Made by a program: the position numbers and the translations under genes. DNA of 64,000 nucleotides from Candidatus Peregrinibacteria bacterium RIFOXYB2_FULL_33_20 (GTDB taxonomy: Bacteria; Patescibacteriota; Gracilibacteria; UBA1369; GWF2-33-10): assembly GCA_001788835.1 (NCBI GenBank), contig MFXK01000028.1:60256-124255 (forward strand). Direction: 5' to 3'. Shown here one piece after another: positions 45,555 to 55,508 of the stretch. Below the pieces are notes generated by a model, which saw only the letters and a program-made list of their open reading frames with translations, was not told where the DNA came from and did not search any database. How positions within the stretch are numbered: position 1 is the first letter of the stretch; every line of letters begins with the position of its first letter.

Positions 45555-47198
45555 ATGGCCACTAATCATGAATTTTCTATACCATTACAAGAATTAGGTG
45601 ATCAAAAGACAGCAATACGCGATCAACTAACAGATTTTGGAGCTGTAGTTTGGCAGGAAAATGATAGATTGTTTGTTCCAATTTGTGAAGAAAGGAGAGC
45701 TCAGGTAGTGTTTTTGCTTGATGCCTTTCTCAAAAAGAATAAAGATGTTTTTCCTTATACAGAGAGTGGGAATAATTTGCAAAATTTTACTGGTATTAAT
45801 TATTTTGATTCTTTTGATAAAAAATATATCACTATTGATACTGCTCCTAGATCAATTCCAGGCGCTCAAACAATCCATTTCGATCCGAATAGTGGGATTC
45901 TGTATGTATTTGAAACGAAGGATTCACATTCAATGAGATCAGGATTTGCATTTAATTTAAGGACTCAAAAATATCTTTCATCGCATAAAAAGGATCAGAA
46001 TCCATTACAAGATGAGAAATTATTAGAAGCTATAAAAAAACTTGGAACTCCTTATGATTCTTGGATTCAAAAGCCACATGGCTATCCAGAAACTCAAAAT
46101 GCAATTAAGTCTATAACACAAAAATCTCCAATAGCTCATGAAGCTATACCTGACTCTGTAGCGTCAGGAGATTATGTTTTATTTTATGACTCTTTAGGTA
46201 TATTACGTTCAGGTAGAATTTCATCAATAGAGCCTATCGAAATAAAACCTGATGATGGAAATAAAGAATATTTAGAAGGAGTTTATAGAGTGTATCCTTA
46301 TATTAATACACCTAGCATTGAAATAAATGGATATGATTTTCATTCACGTTTGAGAGAAGAGGATAATGCAATAATAGGAGCTGTAATTCCAGCTAATAGT
46401 AAAATGAGATTGGATGGCAGTCCGGTTGGATTTTGGAAAATAACTCAAGAGAATTATGAACAATTGCAACAATATACGGAAATAACTTATGATCCCTCAC
46501 TGGAATATCCGTTAACTCGTAGCGAATATGTTACTGCAGTAGCAATTGATGGTATGGCTTTTGAGCGTTGGGCTGCTGGCATCAATTCTATTAGTTCCAA
46601 AAATCCTGAGCGTTATGAAGGTGTCACAAAAGAAAGTTTAGCAAAAGCTGTTGATCGACTCATCAATCGATTCGGTGAAAATGTTTTCTCAAATAGCTGT
46701 AAATGGCTTATTTATCAACATTTACGTCGTTTACATACTCCTAAACACAGGACGAATATTTTTCTTGGCCAAAATAGTGATTTCGATGATGTACATTCCG
46801 ATATTATAGGTTTTGAAAAAAGTATTTCTGGTTTAGCGAGAAATGCAATTGATAATGCTCACCCGGTAGCAATTGATATGGAGGTTGATGGCTATGGAGC
46901 AGTTGGAAAAGGTGTGTACAATGCAAAATCGATATTTGGTGATCTTGAATTATTAGAAATACTCAGCGATAAGTATCCAAAAATATTTCAGGAATTTGTT
47001 GATTTTCTCATTCAATTAGATCCAATTGATCAAGGCGCTTATTATGGTGATAGCACAGTATATCCGTTAAATGTAGTAAGGGAATATTTTCCAGCAGTAT
47101 ATGGTTTCATCAAGGATAATTATTCTGGTAAATTGCCAGATACAACTGGCTCTGCTGTTGATTATCATAAAGACTTTCCTACCTATTTACCTTCATGA
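45555..47198 (+). CDS. Hypothetical protein (547 aa), ORFan to my eye
   Basis: Long clean ORF with no signal peptide, no TM segment and no recognisable motif. Confidence 0.5.
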   Translation: MATNHEFSIPLQELGDQKTAIRDQLTDFGAVVWQENDRLFVPICEERRAQVVFLLDAFLKKNKDVFPYTESGNNLQNFTGINYFDSFDKKYITIDTAPRSIPGAQTIHFDPNSGILYVFETKDSHSMRSGFAFNLRTQKYLSSHKKDQNPLQDEKLLEAIKKLGTPYDSWIQKPHGYPETQNAIKSITQKSPIAHEAIPDSVASGDYVLFYDSLGILRSGRISSIEPIEIKPDDGNKEYLEGVYRVYPYINTPSIEINGYDFHSRLREEDNAIIGAVIPANSKMRLDGSPVGFWKITQENYEQLQQYTEITYDPSLEYPLTRSEYVTAVAIDGMAFERWAAGINSISSKNPERYEGVTKESLAKAVDRLINRFGENVFSNSCKWLIYQHLRRLHTPKHRTNIFLGQNSDFDDVHSDIIGFEKSISGLARNAIDNAHPVAIDMEVDGYGAVGKGVYNAKSIFGDLELLEILSDKYPKIFQEFVDFLIQLDPIDQGAYYGDSTVYPLNVVREYFPAVYGFIKDNYSGKLPDTTGSAVDYHKDFPTYLPS

Positions 47199-47722
47199 GC
47201 CCTTTGAAAATCATTATAAGCATTTTGAAATTCCAATAGCATTGCCGTAGTAATCGGATTTACTTGTTTTTCACCTTCAAGTATTACTACAGGAATATTT
47301 CTTACCTGGCTGACATCGAAAGTGAAATTCATTGAACCTATATCAACACTTACATTTCCTTGAAATTTTCCTGTTATATTATACCAGCTACCACTTATAT
47401 CCATCATTTTTCCTGAAAATATGCCTGTTTTTGAGACAGAGCCATAAAAGATAAAAGTAATTTCACCGCCAATTTCACTTACAAAATTAATACCATAAAT
47501 GTTTTTTTGATCATTTGGCATGCCAAAAATTACGGCTTGGTTTAGGGTGCCAATATTATAAACTCCGGTAACTCCAGCTATAGAATAATCTACTGTTTTT
47601 GGGGTTGAACTTTGTTGATTGTCGTTTGGTGGTTTCCTGCCGGCAATATCTTCATTATTATTACAACTGTTTAATAACAGCAAAGTGCTTGTTATAACTA
47701 TAATGCTTAATATTTTTTTCAT
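47183..47722 (-). CDS. Putative lipoprotein (179 aa)
   Basis: MKKILSIIVITSTLLLLNSC matches a lipobox-type signal (L-N-S-C). The rest is beta-rich. The 3' end overlaps the convergent 45555-47198 ORF by 16 nt. Confidence 0.55.
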   Translation of the reverse strand: MKKILSIIVITSTLLLLNSCNNNEDIAGRKPPNDNQQSSTPKTVDYSIAGVTGVYNIGTLNQAVIFGMPNDQKNIYGINFVSEIGGEITFIFYGSVSKTGIFSGKMMDISGSWYNITGKFQGNVSVDIGSMNFTFDVSQVRNIPVVILEGEKQVNPITTAMLLEFQNAYNDFQRAHEGK

Positions 47723-47825
47723 ATAAAAAATTTTAAAATTTAAAAGTAATAATTTCCTTAACTACACACTACATCATCTTGAAAAAAGTTTCAAAATTTG
47801 TGTTGGTGTGAATTTTCAAAAGATA

Positions 47826-47841
47826 TTGATCCTTGGATCAA
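47826..47841. promoter_or_regulatory. 16-bp palindrome (candidate operator) upstream of the ABC transporter genes
   Basis: TTGATCCttGGATCAA has perfect 7-bp half-sites. It lies 43 nt upstream of the ATG at 47884 and is followed by TATACT at 47849-47854. Confidence 0.35.
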
Positions 47842-47883
47842 AATTTAATATACTAATTTACTTATGATTTTACTGAAAATTTT

Positions 47884-48678
47884 ATGATTAGTGTTAGTAA
47901 CTTAATCAAAAAATTTGATAGTTTTGTGGCGGTGAATGACATTTCATTTAATGTTAAAGCTGGTGAAATTTTTGCTTTTTTGGGGCCAAATGGGGCTGGT
48001 AAATCAACTACTATCAAAATTCTGACAACATTACTCAAGCCCACTAGTGGCCGATTAATGATTGGGAATAAAAATCCGGTCGGAGAGGAAGATGAAGTTC
48101 GCAAAATGTTTGGGATTGTTTTTCAGGATCCTAGTTTGGATGATGAGCTAACAGCGTACGAAAATATGGAATTTCATGGTGTACTTTATGCTGTGCCAAG
48201 GGATATCCGTAAAAAAAAGATAGAGGAATTATTGCAATTTGTGGAGCTTTCGGATCGGAAAAACAGCTTGGTCAAGGAATTTTCGGGTGGCATGAAACGC
48301 AGATTGGAAATTGCTAGAGGGCTTTTACATGAACCGAAAATTCTTTTTCTGGATGAACCGACTTTGGGACTTGATCCCCAGACCAGAAACCACATGTGGA
48401 ATTATATAAAAAATCTTAATAAAATTCATAATTTAACAGTATTTTTTACTACTCATTACATGGAAGAGGCGGAAAGAATAGCTGATAGAATTGCCATAAT
48501 TGATCATGGAAAGATTATCGCTGAAGGTAGTGCTGAGGTTTTAAAAAAACAAACGAATTCCAAAAATCTGGAAGAAGCTTTCTTGTTTTTGACTGGAGGA
48601 ACAATCAGGAAAGAAGAAACCACCAGTGTCGATAATATGAGAAAGATGCGCCAAATGTGGACTCCTAGGGAAAAATAA
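47884..48678 (+). CDS. ABC transporter ATP-binding protein (ABC-2/DrrA-like exporter subunit)
   Basis: Walker A GPNGAGKST, signature FSGGMKRRLEIA and Walker B ILFLDEPTLGLD. Confidence 0.9.
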   Translation: MISVSNLIKKFDSFVAVNDISFNVKAGEIFAFLGPNGAGKSTTIKILTTLLKPTSGRLMIGNKNPVGEEDEVRKMFGIVFQDPSLDDELTAYENMEFHGVLYAVPRDIRKKKIEELLQFVELSDRKNSLVKEFSGGMKRRLEIARGLLHEPKILFLDEPTLGLDPQTRNHMWNYIKNLNKIHNLTVFFTTHYMEEAERIADRIAIIDHGKIIAEGSAEVLKKQTNSKNLEEAFLFLTGGTIRKEETTSVDNMRKMRQMWTPREK

Positions 48679-48694
48679 TTTTTTATAATTTTTT

Positions 48695-49441
48695 ATGTCA
48701 GTAATATATATAATGTGGCTTAGACAGCTTAAAAGATATTTGCGCTCAAAATCTAGAATTATTGGATCGCTTGGGCAGCCGTTGTTATTTCTTTTGTCGC
48801 TTGGCTATGGATTTGGCGCAGTATTTCAAAAAGCCGGCGAAGGGAATTATATCCAATTTTTGGCGCCTGGCGTGATCGGTATGGGAATTATTTTTACTTC
48901 AATTTTTTCGGGCATTGAAATTATTTGGGATAGGCAATTTGGGTTTTTGAAAGAGACCTTGGTTGCGCCTGTCTCTCGTTTGAATATAATAATTGGCAGG
49001 ACTTTGGGGGGAGCCACGGTGGCTACAATTCAAGGTTTGATTGTTTTTGTGTTATCGATTGTGATGGGATTCAGACCAACAAGTTTACATTATTTACCGC
49101 TGATTATCATAGTCATGATTCTAATTTCTTTGTTATTCACCGCCCTTGGCACCGCTATTGCTTCTACGCTTGAGGACATGCAGGGCTTTCAGTTAATTAT
49201 GAATTTTCTGGTAATGCCTTTGTTCTTTTTTTCTGGGGCGTTATTCCCTTTGGAAGGCTTGCCTGTAGCGTTGGGAGTGGTAACAAAAATCAATCCTTTA
49301 ACTTATGGGATTGATGTTCTGCGTGGATTATTAGTGAATTTGAATCATTTTCCCATCATGATGGATATTGGCATTTTAGCGGTATGTACTTTGCTGTTTT
49401 TGTTAATAGGCACTTATCTTTTTTCTAAGATTCAGATCTGA
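48695..49441 (+). CDS. ABC-2 type transporter permease
   Basis: Six hydrophobic segments, the size typical of ABC-2 permeases, and a position immediately downstream of the ATPase. Confidence 0.8.
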   Translation: MSVIYIMWLRQLKRYLRSKSRIIGSLGQPLLFLLSLGYGFGAVFQKAGEGNYIQFLAPGVIGMGIIFTSIFSGIEIIWDRQFGFLKETLVAPVSRLNIIIGRTLGGATVATIQGLIVFVLSIVMGFRPTSLHYLPLIIIVMILISLLFTALGTAIASTLEDMQGFQLIMNFLVMPLFFFSGALFPLEGLPVALGVVTKINPLTYGIDVLRGLLVNLNHFPIMMDIGILAVCTLLFLLIGTYLFSKIQI

Positions 49442-49499
49442 AGAAATTTATACAGTTATTTTTTTTGCCTAAAAATGAGGTTTAACAAAGTTCAGGCCG

Positions 49500-50462
49500 T
49501 TAAATTATTGTTTTTAAAGTGCTAGACACAATTTTCGGTAAATCATAAATTGCTTGCCATCCAAGCTTGTGATGGGCGTAGGTACAATCAGCCACCAGAG
49601 ACATGCTATCACCAGGCCTGGGAGCGACAATTTTTTTGGGAAGCGCCCTGCCTATTTGTTTTTCAAACTCGGCAATTACTTCCTTTACCGTTTGGCCATG
49701 GCTGGTACCTAGATTGAATATATCTGAAGGTTTATAGTTCAAAGCGGCGAGATGTCCGCTGACTAAGTCAGAAATATGAATATAGTCGCGAATGCAGGTG
49801 CCGTCGCGAGTTTTGTAGTTATTGCCATATATTTCTAAATATGCAGATTTTCCCGTTAAAACTTTTACAATGGCCGGGAACAGGTTTTTGGAGTATTTAT
49901 CAATATATTTCAGACCATAATCACCGGCGGCATTGAAGTAACGCAAGCTGACATAGTTAAAGTTGTGAATTTTGCTGTACCAATCAATTAGTTGTTCACC
50001 GGCTAGTTTGGTATAGCCATAGAAATTAATCGGTTTAATTGGGTGTTTTTCGTCCATTGGACTGTAAACAGGAGTGCCATAAACGGTGGCAGAAGAGGAA
50101 AAAATAATTTGCGGAATTTTGTTGGCGACCATGGCATCTAAAATATTGATCATGCCACGGAGGTTTTCTGCATATTTTGTGGCGTTTTTCATGGATGAGC
50201 CGGTATCTTTGTGCGCGGCAAAATGCAAAACTGAATCATAAGTTTCTTCTGCCATGATTTTATTAATAGCCTTTCGACCTAATAAATCAGTTTTTATAAA
50301 AATAGCTTTGGGATGTACATATTTTTTTTCGCCATGAGACAAATTATCAACAACAGTTACTTTTGCATTCATGTTACATAAGGCATCCACGCAAGCAGAA
50401 CCAATATAGCCGGCACCGCCAAGCACTAAAATATGTTTTTGTTTATGGTTTGTGATTTTCAT
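49500..50462 (-). CDS. galE: UDP-glucose 4-epimerase family NAD-dependent epimerase
   Basis: Rossmann motif ILVLGGAGYIGS and catalytic YGYTK (YxxxK). The start is moved to M29 (ATG at 50462, MKITNHKQKH). The track ORF start at 50546 would overlap the upstream GT gene by about 100 nt. Confidence 0.8.
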   Translation of the reverse strand: MKITNHKQKHILVLGGAGYIGSACVDALCNMNAKVTVVDNLSHGEKKYVHPKAIFIKTDLLGRKAINKIMAEETYDSVLHFAAHKDTGSSMKNATKYAENLRGMINILDAMVANKIPQIIFSSSATVYGTPVYSPMDEKHPIKPINFYGYTKLAGEQLIDWYSKIHNFNYVSLRYFNAAGDYGLKYIDKYSKNLFPAIVKVLTGKSAYLEIYGNNYKTRDGTCIRDYIHISDLVSGHLAALNYKPSDIFNLGTSHGQTVKEVIAEFEKQIGRALPKKIVAPRPGDSMSLVADCTYAHHKLGWQAIYDLPKIVSSTLKTII

Positions 50463-51657
50463 TATTTTTGATTGTACATTTAAGGATATTTTTATACAAA
50501 TTTTCCCACTTAGCAGCGATTTTTTTTGCAGAAAATTGTTGAACATATTGATAAGCTTTCTTGGCTAATTGTTTCGATAAATTAGGATTTTTAATTAATT
50601 TTAAAATAGCCTTTGCTAATTCGTTGCTGTTTTTTGTTTCTATTAATAAACCAGTTTCTTGGTCTTTGATATATTCCAAAAAAGCTTTTGCTTTTGCTCC
50701 AATGACAGGGAGTTCGCAAGCCATGGCTTGCATCAACGTCAAGGATTGAGTTTCAGCATCACTGGGGTTCACAAAAATATCAGCGGTTTGATAGAATTGA
50801 CTTAGTTTTTTTTGGTGAAGAGTGCCAAAAAATTTTACTGTATTAGTTAAATTAAGGGTTTTGGCTAAACGTTCAAGCTTAGTTAATTCCGTTCCATGTC
50901 CAGCAATGGCAAGAGTTACTTTGGGTATTGTCTGCTTAACAATGGCGATTGCCTGAAGAAGGATATTAATATTTTTTTCTGGAGATAGCCTGCCTGCATA
51001 AATGATAGTTGGAGAGTGGACCGGCGATTTTTTTTTAATTTTTCCCTTTAGACGTGAAGAAGCTGGTTTAAATGATTTAAGGTCAATAGGGTTGGAAAGA
51101 ATTTTTATTTTCCCGTGTAATCCATATTTTTTCATTTCATTGGCTAAATCTTGAGAGGGAGTGCTTAGAAAACAACAATGATTGTAATAACTTGATACAC
51201 AGCGAAGAAATAATTTATTTATTGCTGGTAATTTTATTGGTAGGTGTTTGATAAAAGCGGAAATATTAGTGTGATTAGTGCCGATTAAAGGAATTTTTAA
51301 TAATTTAGAAGCTATTAAAGCTTCTATGCCAACGCCAAAAAAAAGATGAGTATGAATGAGGTCTGGCGCAAATTTTTTTAGATCTTTAAATGCCCAACCG
51401 AGCGGAAATACTAAGCGTGTCTGCTTAGTGTTACCAGGAAAAGGAATAGATGGTAGTCGATAAATACTGATATTTTTACCTAAATTAATTTCTTGATATG
51501 GCCTATTAACGATTTCAAAATTTTTTTTTGAATATTTTGGCACATAAAAACGAATGTGGTGGCCTAGTTTAGCTAGTTCTTTAGCTAAAGCAATAATTGA
51601 ATCAGATATACCGCTTAGTTCGGGATAAAAATTATCGGAAAGAATAGCGATTTTCAT
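50443..51657 (-). CDS. GT-B fold glycosyltransferase (family 4 type)
   Basis: MKIAILSDNFYPELSGISD N-terminus and EX7E region DAETQSLTLMQAMACELPVIGAK. Confidence 0.8.
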   Translation of the reverse strand: MKIAILSDNFYPELSGISDSIIALAKELAKLGHHIRFYVPKYSKKNFEIVNRPYQEINLGKNISIYRLPSIPFPGNTKQTRLVFPLGWAFKDLKKFAPDLIHTHLFFGVGIEALIASKLLKIPLIGTNHTNISAFIKHLPIKLPAINKLFLRCVSSYYNHCCFLSTPSQDLANEMKKYGLHGKIKILSNPIDLKSFKPASSRLKGKIKKKSPVHSPTIIYAGRLSPEKNINILLQAIAIVKQTIPKVTLAIAGHGTELTKLERLAKTLNLTNTVKFFGTLHQKKLSQFYQTADIFVNPSDAETQSLTLMQAMACELPVIGAKAKAFLEYIKDQETGLLIETKNSNELAKAILKLIKNPNLSKQLAKKAYQYVQQFSAKKIAAKWENLYKNILKCTIKNNENHKP

Positions 51658-51670
51658 AGCTATAATAATT

Positions 51671-52258
51671 TTAGTATTTTTCTTGGGAGATGTTTTTTAG
51701 CAATTCCTTGTATAAAAAAATGATTAGACTGATTAAGGCTAATCCTCCAATAATTGAGCCAAAATGTCCTAGATATTGATCTATTAATTTTTGATATATA
51801 CCAAAATAATATCCGGCAAATACCAGAATTGCAGATCGCAAGAAAGTGATGACGGTAATGGTAATAATAAATTTTCTCAAGGAAGTGTGTATAGCGCCTA
51901 ATAGTGGTAATCCAATCAGAGGCAAAATGGGTGTAATTTTTATGGTGATAATAGTTTTGGTTGTGTTTTTGTGAATAAGATTTTTAATTTCTTCAATTTT
52001 TTGGCGTGGCTTATGCAGTTTTTGATTAATTCTGTTGACTATTTTTAAATGTCCGAAATACCCAAGGTAGTAATAAGCAAGATCTGGCAGAATATCTCCA
52101 AATATTGATAGGATAAAAACAATGGTAATATTGAAATAACCGTGAGCCGCAGCAAAAGCTCCAATGCTTGTAACGATCGGACCCTCAATACACATGGCCA
52201 TAAACAGCAAAACATAGCCGTGTGTGGTTATCCAAGTAGATAGTGTTTGTAAATCCAT
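51671..52258 (-). CDS. DedA/SNARE-associated family membrane protein
   Basis: Size, 4-5 TM segments, and the DedA-type GDILPDLAYYYLGYFG block. Confidence 0.65.
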   Translation of the reverse strand: MDLQTLSTWITTHGYVLLFMAMCIEGPIVTSIGAFAAAHGYFNITIVFILSIFGDILPDLAYYYLGYFGHLKIVNRINQKLHKPRQKIEEIKNLIHKNTTKTIITIKITPILPLIGLPLLGAIHTSLRKFIITITVITFLRSAILVFAGYYFGIYQKLIDQYLGHFGSIIGGLALISLIIFLYKELLKNISQEKY

Positions 52259-52361
52259 GGCGTTTGCCTATAATAGGTTTAGCACACTCCTAATAATAAA
52301 GGTTTTTAAAAAAAATCATAGATATGAAATTTTTTTTAAATTGCTATGCTATTGCTAAAAT

Positions 52362-53120
52362 ATGTCTAAAAAGCCAAAAATTAGTTTCATTATTCCAGCT
52401 TATAATGAAGAAAAATTGATAGCTAGATGTCTGGAAGGAATTTTAGCTCAAATTCAAAAAGAAGATTACGCCAAACATAGATTTGAAATAATTGTGGTAA
52501 ATAATGCCAGTACTGATCGAACCAGAGATATCGCCAGGGATTTCTTGTCGGTGAAAGTAGTTGATGAACCGCAAAAAAATTTAGCTTGCGCTCGCAGAAC
52601 TGGAGCACGATCGGCTCATGGTGAAATTTTGGCACATGTTGATGCTGATACTGTTTTGACTGATCAATGGATTGATGTAGCTTTTGAGGAATTTTCGCAA
52701 AATCATAATTTGGTGGCTTTAAGCGGGCCATATTTATATGCTAATTTATCTGCGTGGCGGAATTTTTTGGTGGATTTATTTTATGTGAGTGGATTTATCC
52801 TGTATCGCTTAAATAAATTTTTGTTTAAAAAAGGCGCTATGATTCAGGGCGGTAATTTTTTGGTTTTAAATTCTGCTTGGCAGAAATTGCCGCAGTCAGA
52901 TACGCATTTTGCTTTTTATGGTGAAGATACAGAGCTTGCCAAAGCTTTGTCGGATATTGGAGAAGTGAAATTTACTTTTAAGCTAAAAATTATGACTTCA
53001 GCCAGAAGATTACATAAAGAAGGTATAATTACTGCTGGTATTCGTTATGCTATAAATTATCTGTGGGTTTTGTTTTTTTCCAAACCTTTCCACACCACGC
53101 ATGAAGATATAAGGGAGTAG
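52362..53120 (+). CDS. Family 2 glycosyltransferase (GT-A fold)
   Basis: ISFIIPAYNEEKLIARCL, VVNNASTDRT and the DxD-like HVDADT. Confidence 0.8.
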   Translation: MSKKPKISFIIPAYNEEKLIARCLEGILAQIQKEDYAKHRFEIIVVNNASTDRTRDIARDFLSVKVVDEPQKNLACARRTGARSAHGEILAHVDADTVLTDQWIDVAFEEFSQNHNLVALSGPYLYANLSAWRNFLVDLFYVSGFILYRLNKFLFKKGAMIQGGNFLVLNSAWQKLPQSDTHFAFYGEDTELAKALSDIGEVKFTFKLKIMTSARRLHKEGIITAGIRYAINYLWVLFFSKPFHTTHEDIRE

Positions 53121-53164
53121 CGGTGCTGGTTGTTAAAAGATGTTAGATCGATGAGAATGAAGGA

Positions 53165-55246
53165 TTATTTTAAATTGATAAAATAAGCTTCTCCATCACT
53201 GAAGAAATTATCACCAGCAAAATTTTTGCCGATCATTGGTTTAACAAAGGGTTTTTTGTGAGCGTCAATAATTAAGCCGGTTGTCAATAATTCTTGGAAC
53301 AAAAAATTTCTTTCCGTATTAATGTCAGGATCGATCTTGTGCGTAATAAACCATTTAAGCCCAATATCTAAGCTAGCTGTTCCTACATAAATATCGTAAC
53401 CATCAGTTGTTTTAAATTGAGTGTGCCAAAATCTGGCATGATGTCGTTGCCGCACACTTGACGTATCAGTTGGTTTTTCAAAGCCAAAGTTATTGATTCG
53501 CGCCTCCCAAAAAGAGGGGGTCATGGGAGCGGTCGGATAGTTCTCATTAAATAAAGCTGCCTGAGCTAATTTTATAATATATATCAAATTGGTGTTGTCG
53601 GCTAAATACCAGCCAGCTTTGTTAAAGGAATCAATTAATTGCTGGTCATTTTTGGCGGCAATCACAAAGGTTAACGGTTCTTGATTGTTGCCAATTAGGG
53701 TTTCGGTGAAATGATTGAGATCTTTATTTGTAAATAACGTATCAACGCTGTTAATGATAATTTTTTTTTCTGTTTTGGACTGAAGATAGATTGGCGGTTG
53801 ATAAATATTAGCAAATCCGCTGTAGAAAATAACTTCTATTATAATTAGAAAAGAAGAAATGAATTTAATTTTCTTTTTAGAAATCCATAAAGGCAGTTGT
53901 TTGTGATAAGCGCCTTTTTCTGAAATGCTTATGGCCATAATTAACCATAATAAGCCAACTAAATAGCCGCCCAAGACATCGCTTAAATAATGAACCCCTA
54001 AATATAATCTACTTAAGCCGATGAAAAAAATTAAGATTAAACTGCTAAATAATATATTGATTTTTTGATTATTTTTTTGACAATGTCTAAGCCAGATATA
54101 AGCCAGAAAGCCATAAAATGCTACTGCGATGGTGGCATGTGCGCTAGGGAAAGAAAAACTATTCTCTGCATACACGGCAACATCAGGGCGCTGTCGATGA
54201 AAAATCAGTTTAGCTAACAAAACAAAAGCTTGACTGCCAAGGATTGATATCCATAGAGGCAGAATATATTTTTGTTTTTTCCATAAATAAAAAAGAATAC
54301 TAATTGTGATGGCGCTGCTGGCTATAGTTTGCCAGTTACCAAGCAAGGTGATCCAGAAGAAGAACTTAATTAATTCCGGGTTATGAAAGATGGCTAATAA
54401 ATTGGCAATACGAATATCAGCGGCGACGATTTGTTTAACGTTGATTATATCTTCCACAATGCCAATCAACAAGAAAAAAACATATATAAAGGCGCTGCTT
54501 AATAAAATGATTGGCAAGCCGTAAAATTTGTTTTTATCTAATCTTTTCTGCAGTACTTGAAAAAATTTGGGATAACTATAAACTAATTTTTTTATGTCTG
54601 GATTGGAAGCAATGGAATGTCTAACTGATTTAATGATGGAGCTAAGTAAAAGTAAACTGTGTTTGCCGCTTTTTACAATTAAACGGATGATGATAATAAA
54701 TGCGACCAAAAATAGCATAAAAATGCTGGTTCTAGTTGACCACTCTTCTATCACGTTAAAAGTATTGCCCAAAAAATAGCCCAGAGAAATACACAAACCA
54801 GCCCACAGAAATTCGCTGATTATATCCCATAGCACAAATGTTTTTATATCTATCTTTGCTATACCAGTGACAAAAGGCACGATCGGTTTCAGATGAGTGG
54901 TAAATCTGCTTAGAAATATACTTTTGTTGTTGTATTTTTTTACAAAAGTTTTGCCTTTTTCCAGATATTGTGCCGTGAGTATTTTATTTAATAAGCGATT
55001 TTTGCTTTTTAAATTTTTTTTATCTATGACTCTGCCTAAATAATAAGATAAATGATCGCCGACGATTGCGCCAATAGCAGCGAACCAAATTAAATCCCCT
55101 ACGTCAAAAATTCCTTTGGCTGATAAAACGCCAAAGGCTAAAACAAAAACACTTCCTGGTATTAATATCCCTACCCATGGCAGGGCTTCCACTATGGATA
55201 CTACAAATAATATCCAATATCCTAAAACGCTGAAATCAAGAGTCAT
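53165..55246 (-). CDS. Three-part fusion: DedA domain + PAP2 lipid phosphatase + LssY_C-like domain
   Basis: The N-terminal DedA block is GAIVGDHLSYYLGR. PAP2 motifs are KLIFHRQRP, SFPSAHA and SRLYLGVHYLSDVLGG. The C-terminus, RQRHHARFWHT...YVGTASLDIGLKWFITHKIDPDINTERNFL, resembles the LssY C-terminal domain. Confidence 0.7.
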   Translation of the reverse strand: MTLDFSVLGYWILFVVSIVEALPWVGILIPGSVFVLAFGVLSAKGIFDVGDLIWFAAIGAIVGDHLSYYLGRVIDKKNLKSKNRLLNKILTAQYLEKGKTFVKKYNNKSIFLSRFTTHLKPIVPFVTGIAKIDIKTFVLWDIISEFLWAGLCISLGYFLGNTFNVIEEWSTRTSIFMLFLVAFIIIIRLIVKSGKHSLLLLSSIIKSVRHSIASNPDIKKLVYSYPKFFQVLQKRLDKNKFYGLPIILLSSAFIYVFFLLIGIVEDIINVKQIVAADIRIANLLAIFHNPELIKFFFWITLLGNWQTIASSAITISILFYLWKKQKYILPLWISILGSQAFVLLAKLIFHRQRPDVAVYAENSFSFPSAHATIAVAFYGFLAYIWLRHCQKNNQKINILFSSLILIFFIGLSRLYLGVHYLSDVLGGYLVGLLWLIMAISISEKGAYHKQLPLWISKKKIKFISSFLIIIEVIFYSGFANIYQPPIYLQSKTEKKIIINSVDTLFTNKDLNHFTETLIGNNQEPLTFVIAAKNDQQLIDSFNKAGWYLADNTNLIYIIKLAQAALFNENYPTAPMTPSFWEARINNFGFEKPTDTSSVRQRHHARFWHTQFKTTDGYDIYVGTASLDIGLKWFITHKIDPDINTERNFLFQELLTTGLIIDAHKKPFVKPMIGKNFAGDNFFSDGEAYFINLK

Positions 55247-55508
55247 TAACTGAAATTTTATATGAGAGGCGCTTTTAAGTTTAGGTATTCAATAGGGATT
55301 AGTCAATTATATATAACTTTGCTTGCAAACCAGCATTAATGATCCATAGTGTTGTACCTTGATTTTTTGGATGCTGACATTTTTTAGCTAATTATGCCGT
55401 TACTTCTATTGTGCGAAAGAGTATAAGAGTTTTTTGTGTTTTTAGGGTATTGCAGAATTGGTTTTCCAGTGTATTATTTAGGTACAGAGATGTTCATAAC
55501 TTATTCAA

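Noticed and set aside
50463-50546. 28-codon extension of galE overlapping the upstream glycosyltransferase by about 100 nt.
   Set aside because: The Rossmann GxxGxxG begins a few residues after M29. The extension has no homology value and creates an implausible overlap.
55247-55508. 262-bp divergent intergenic region inspected for a riboswitch or small RNA.
   Set aside because: I could not recognise any conserved riboswitch core or a convincing stem-loop plus terminator. It is probably just two divergent promoters.
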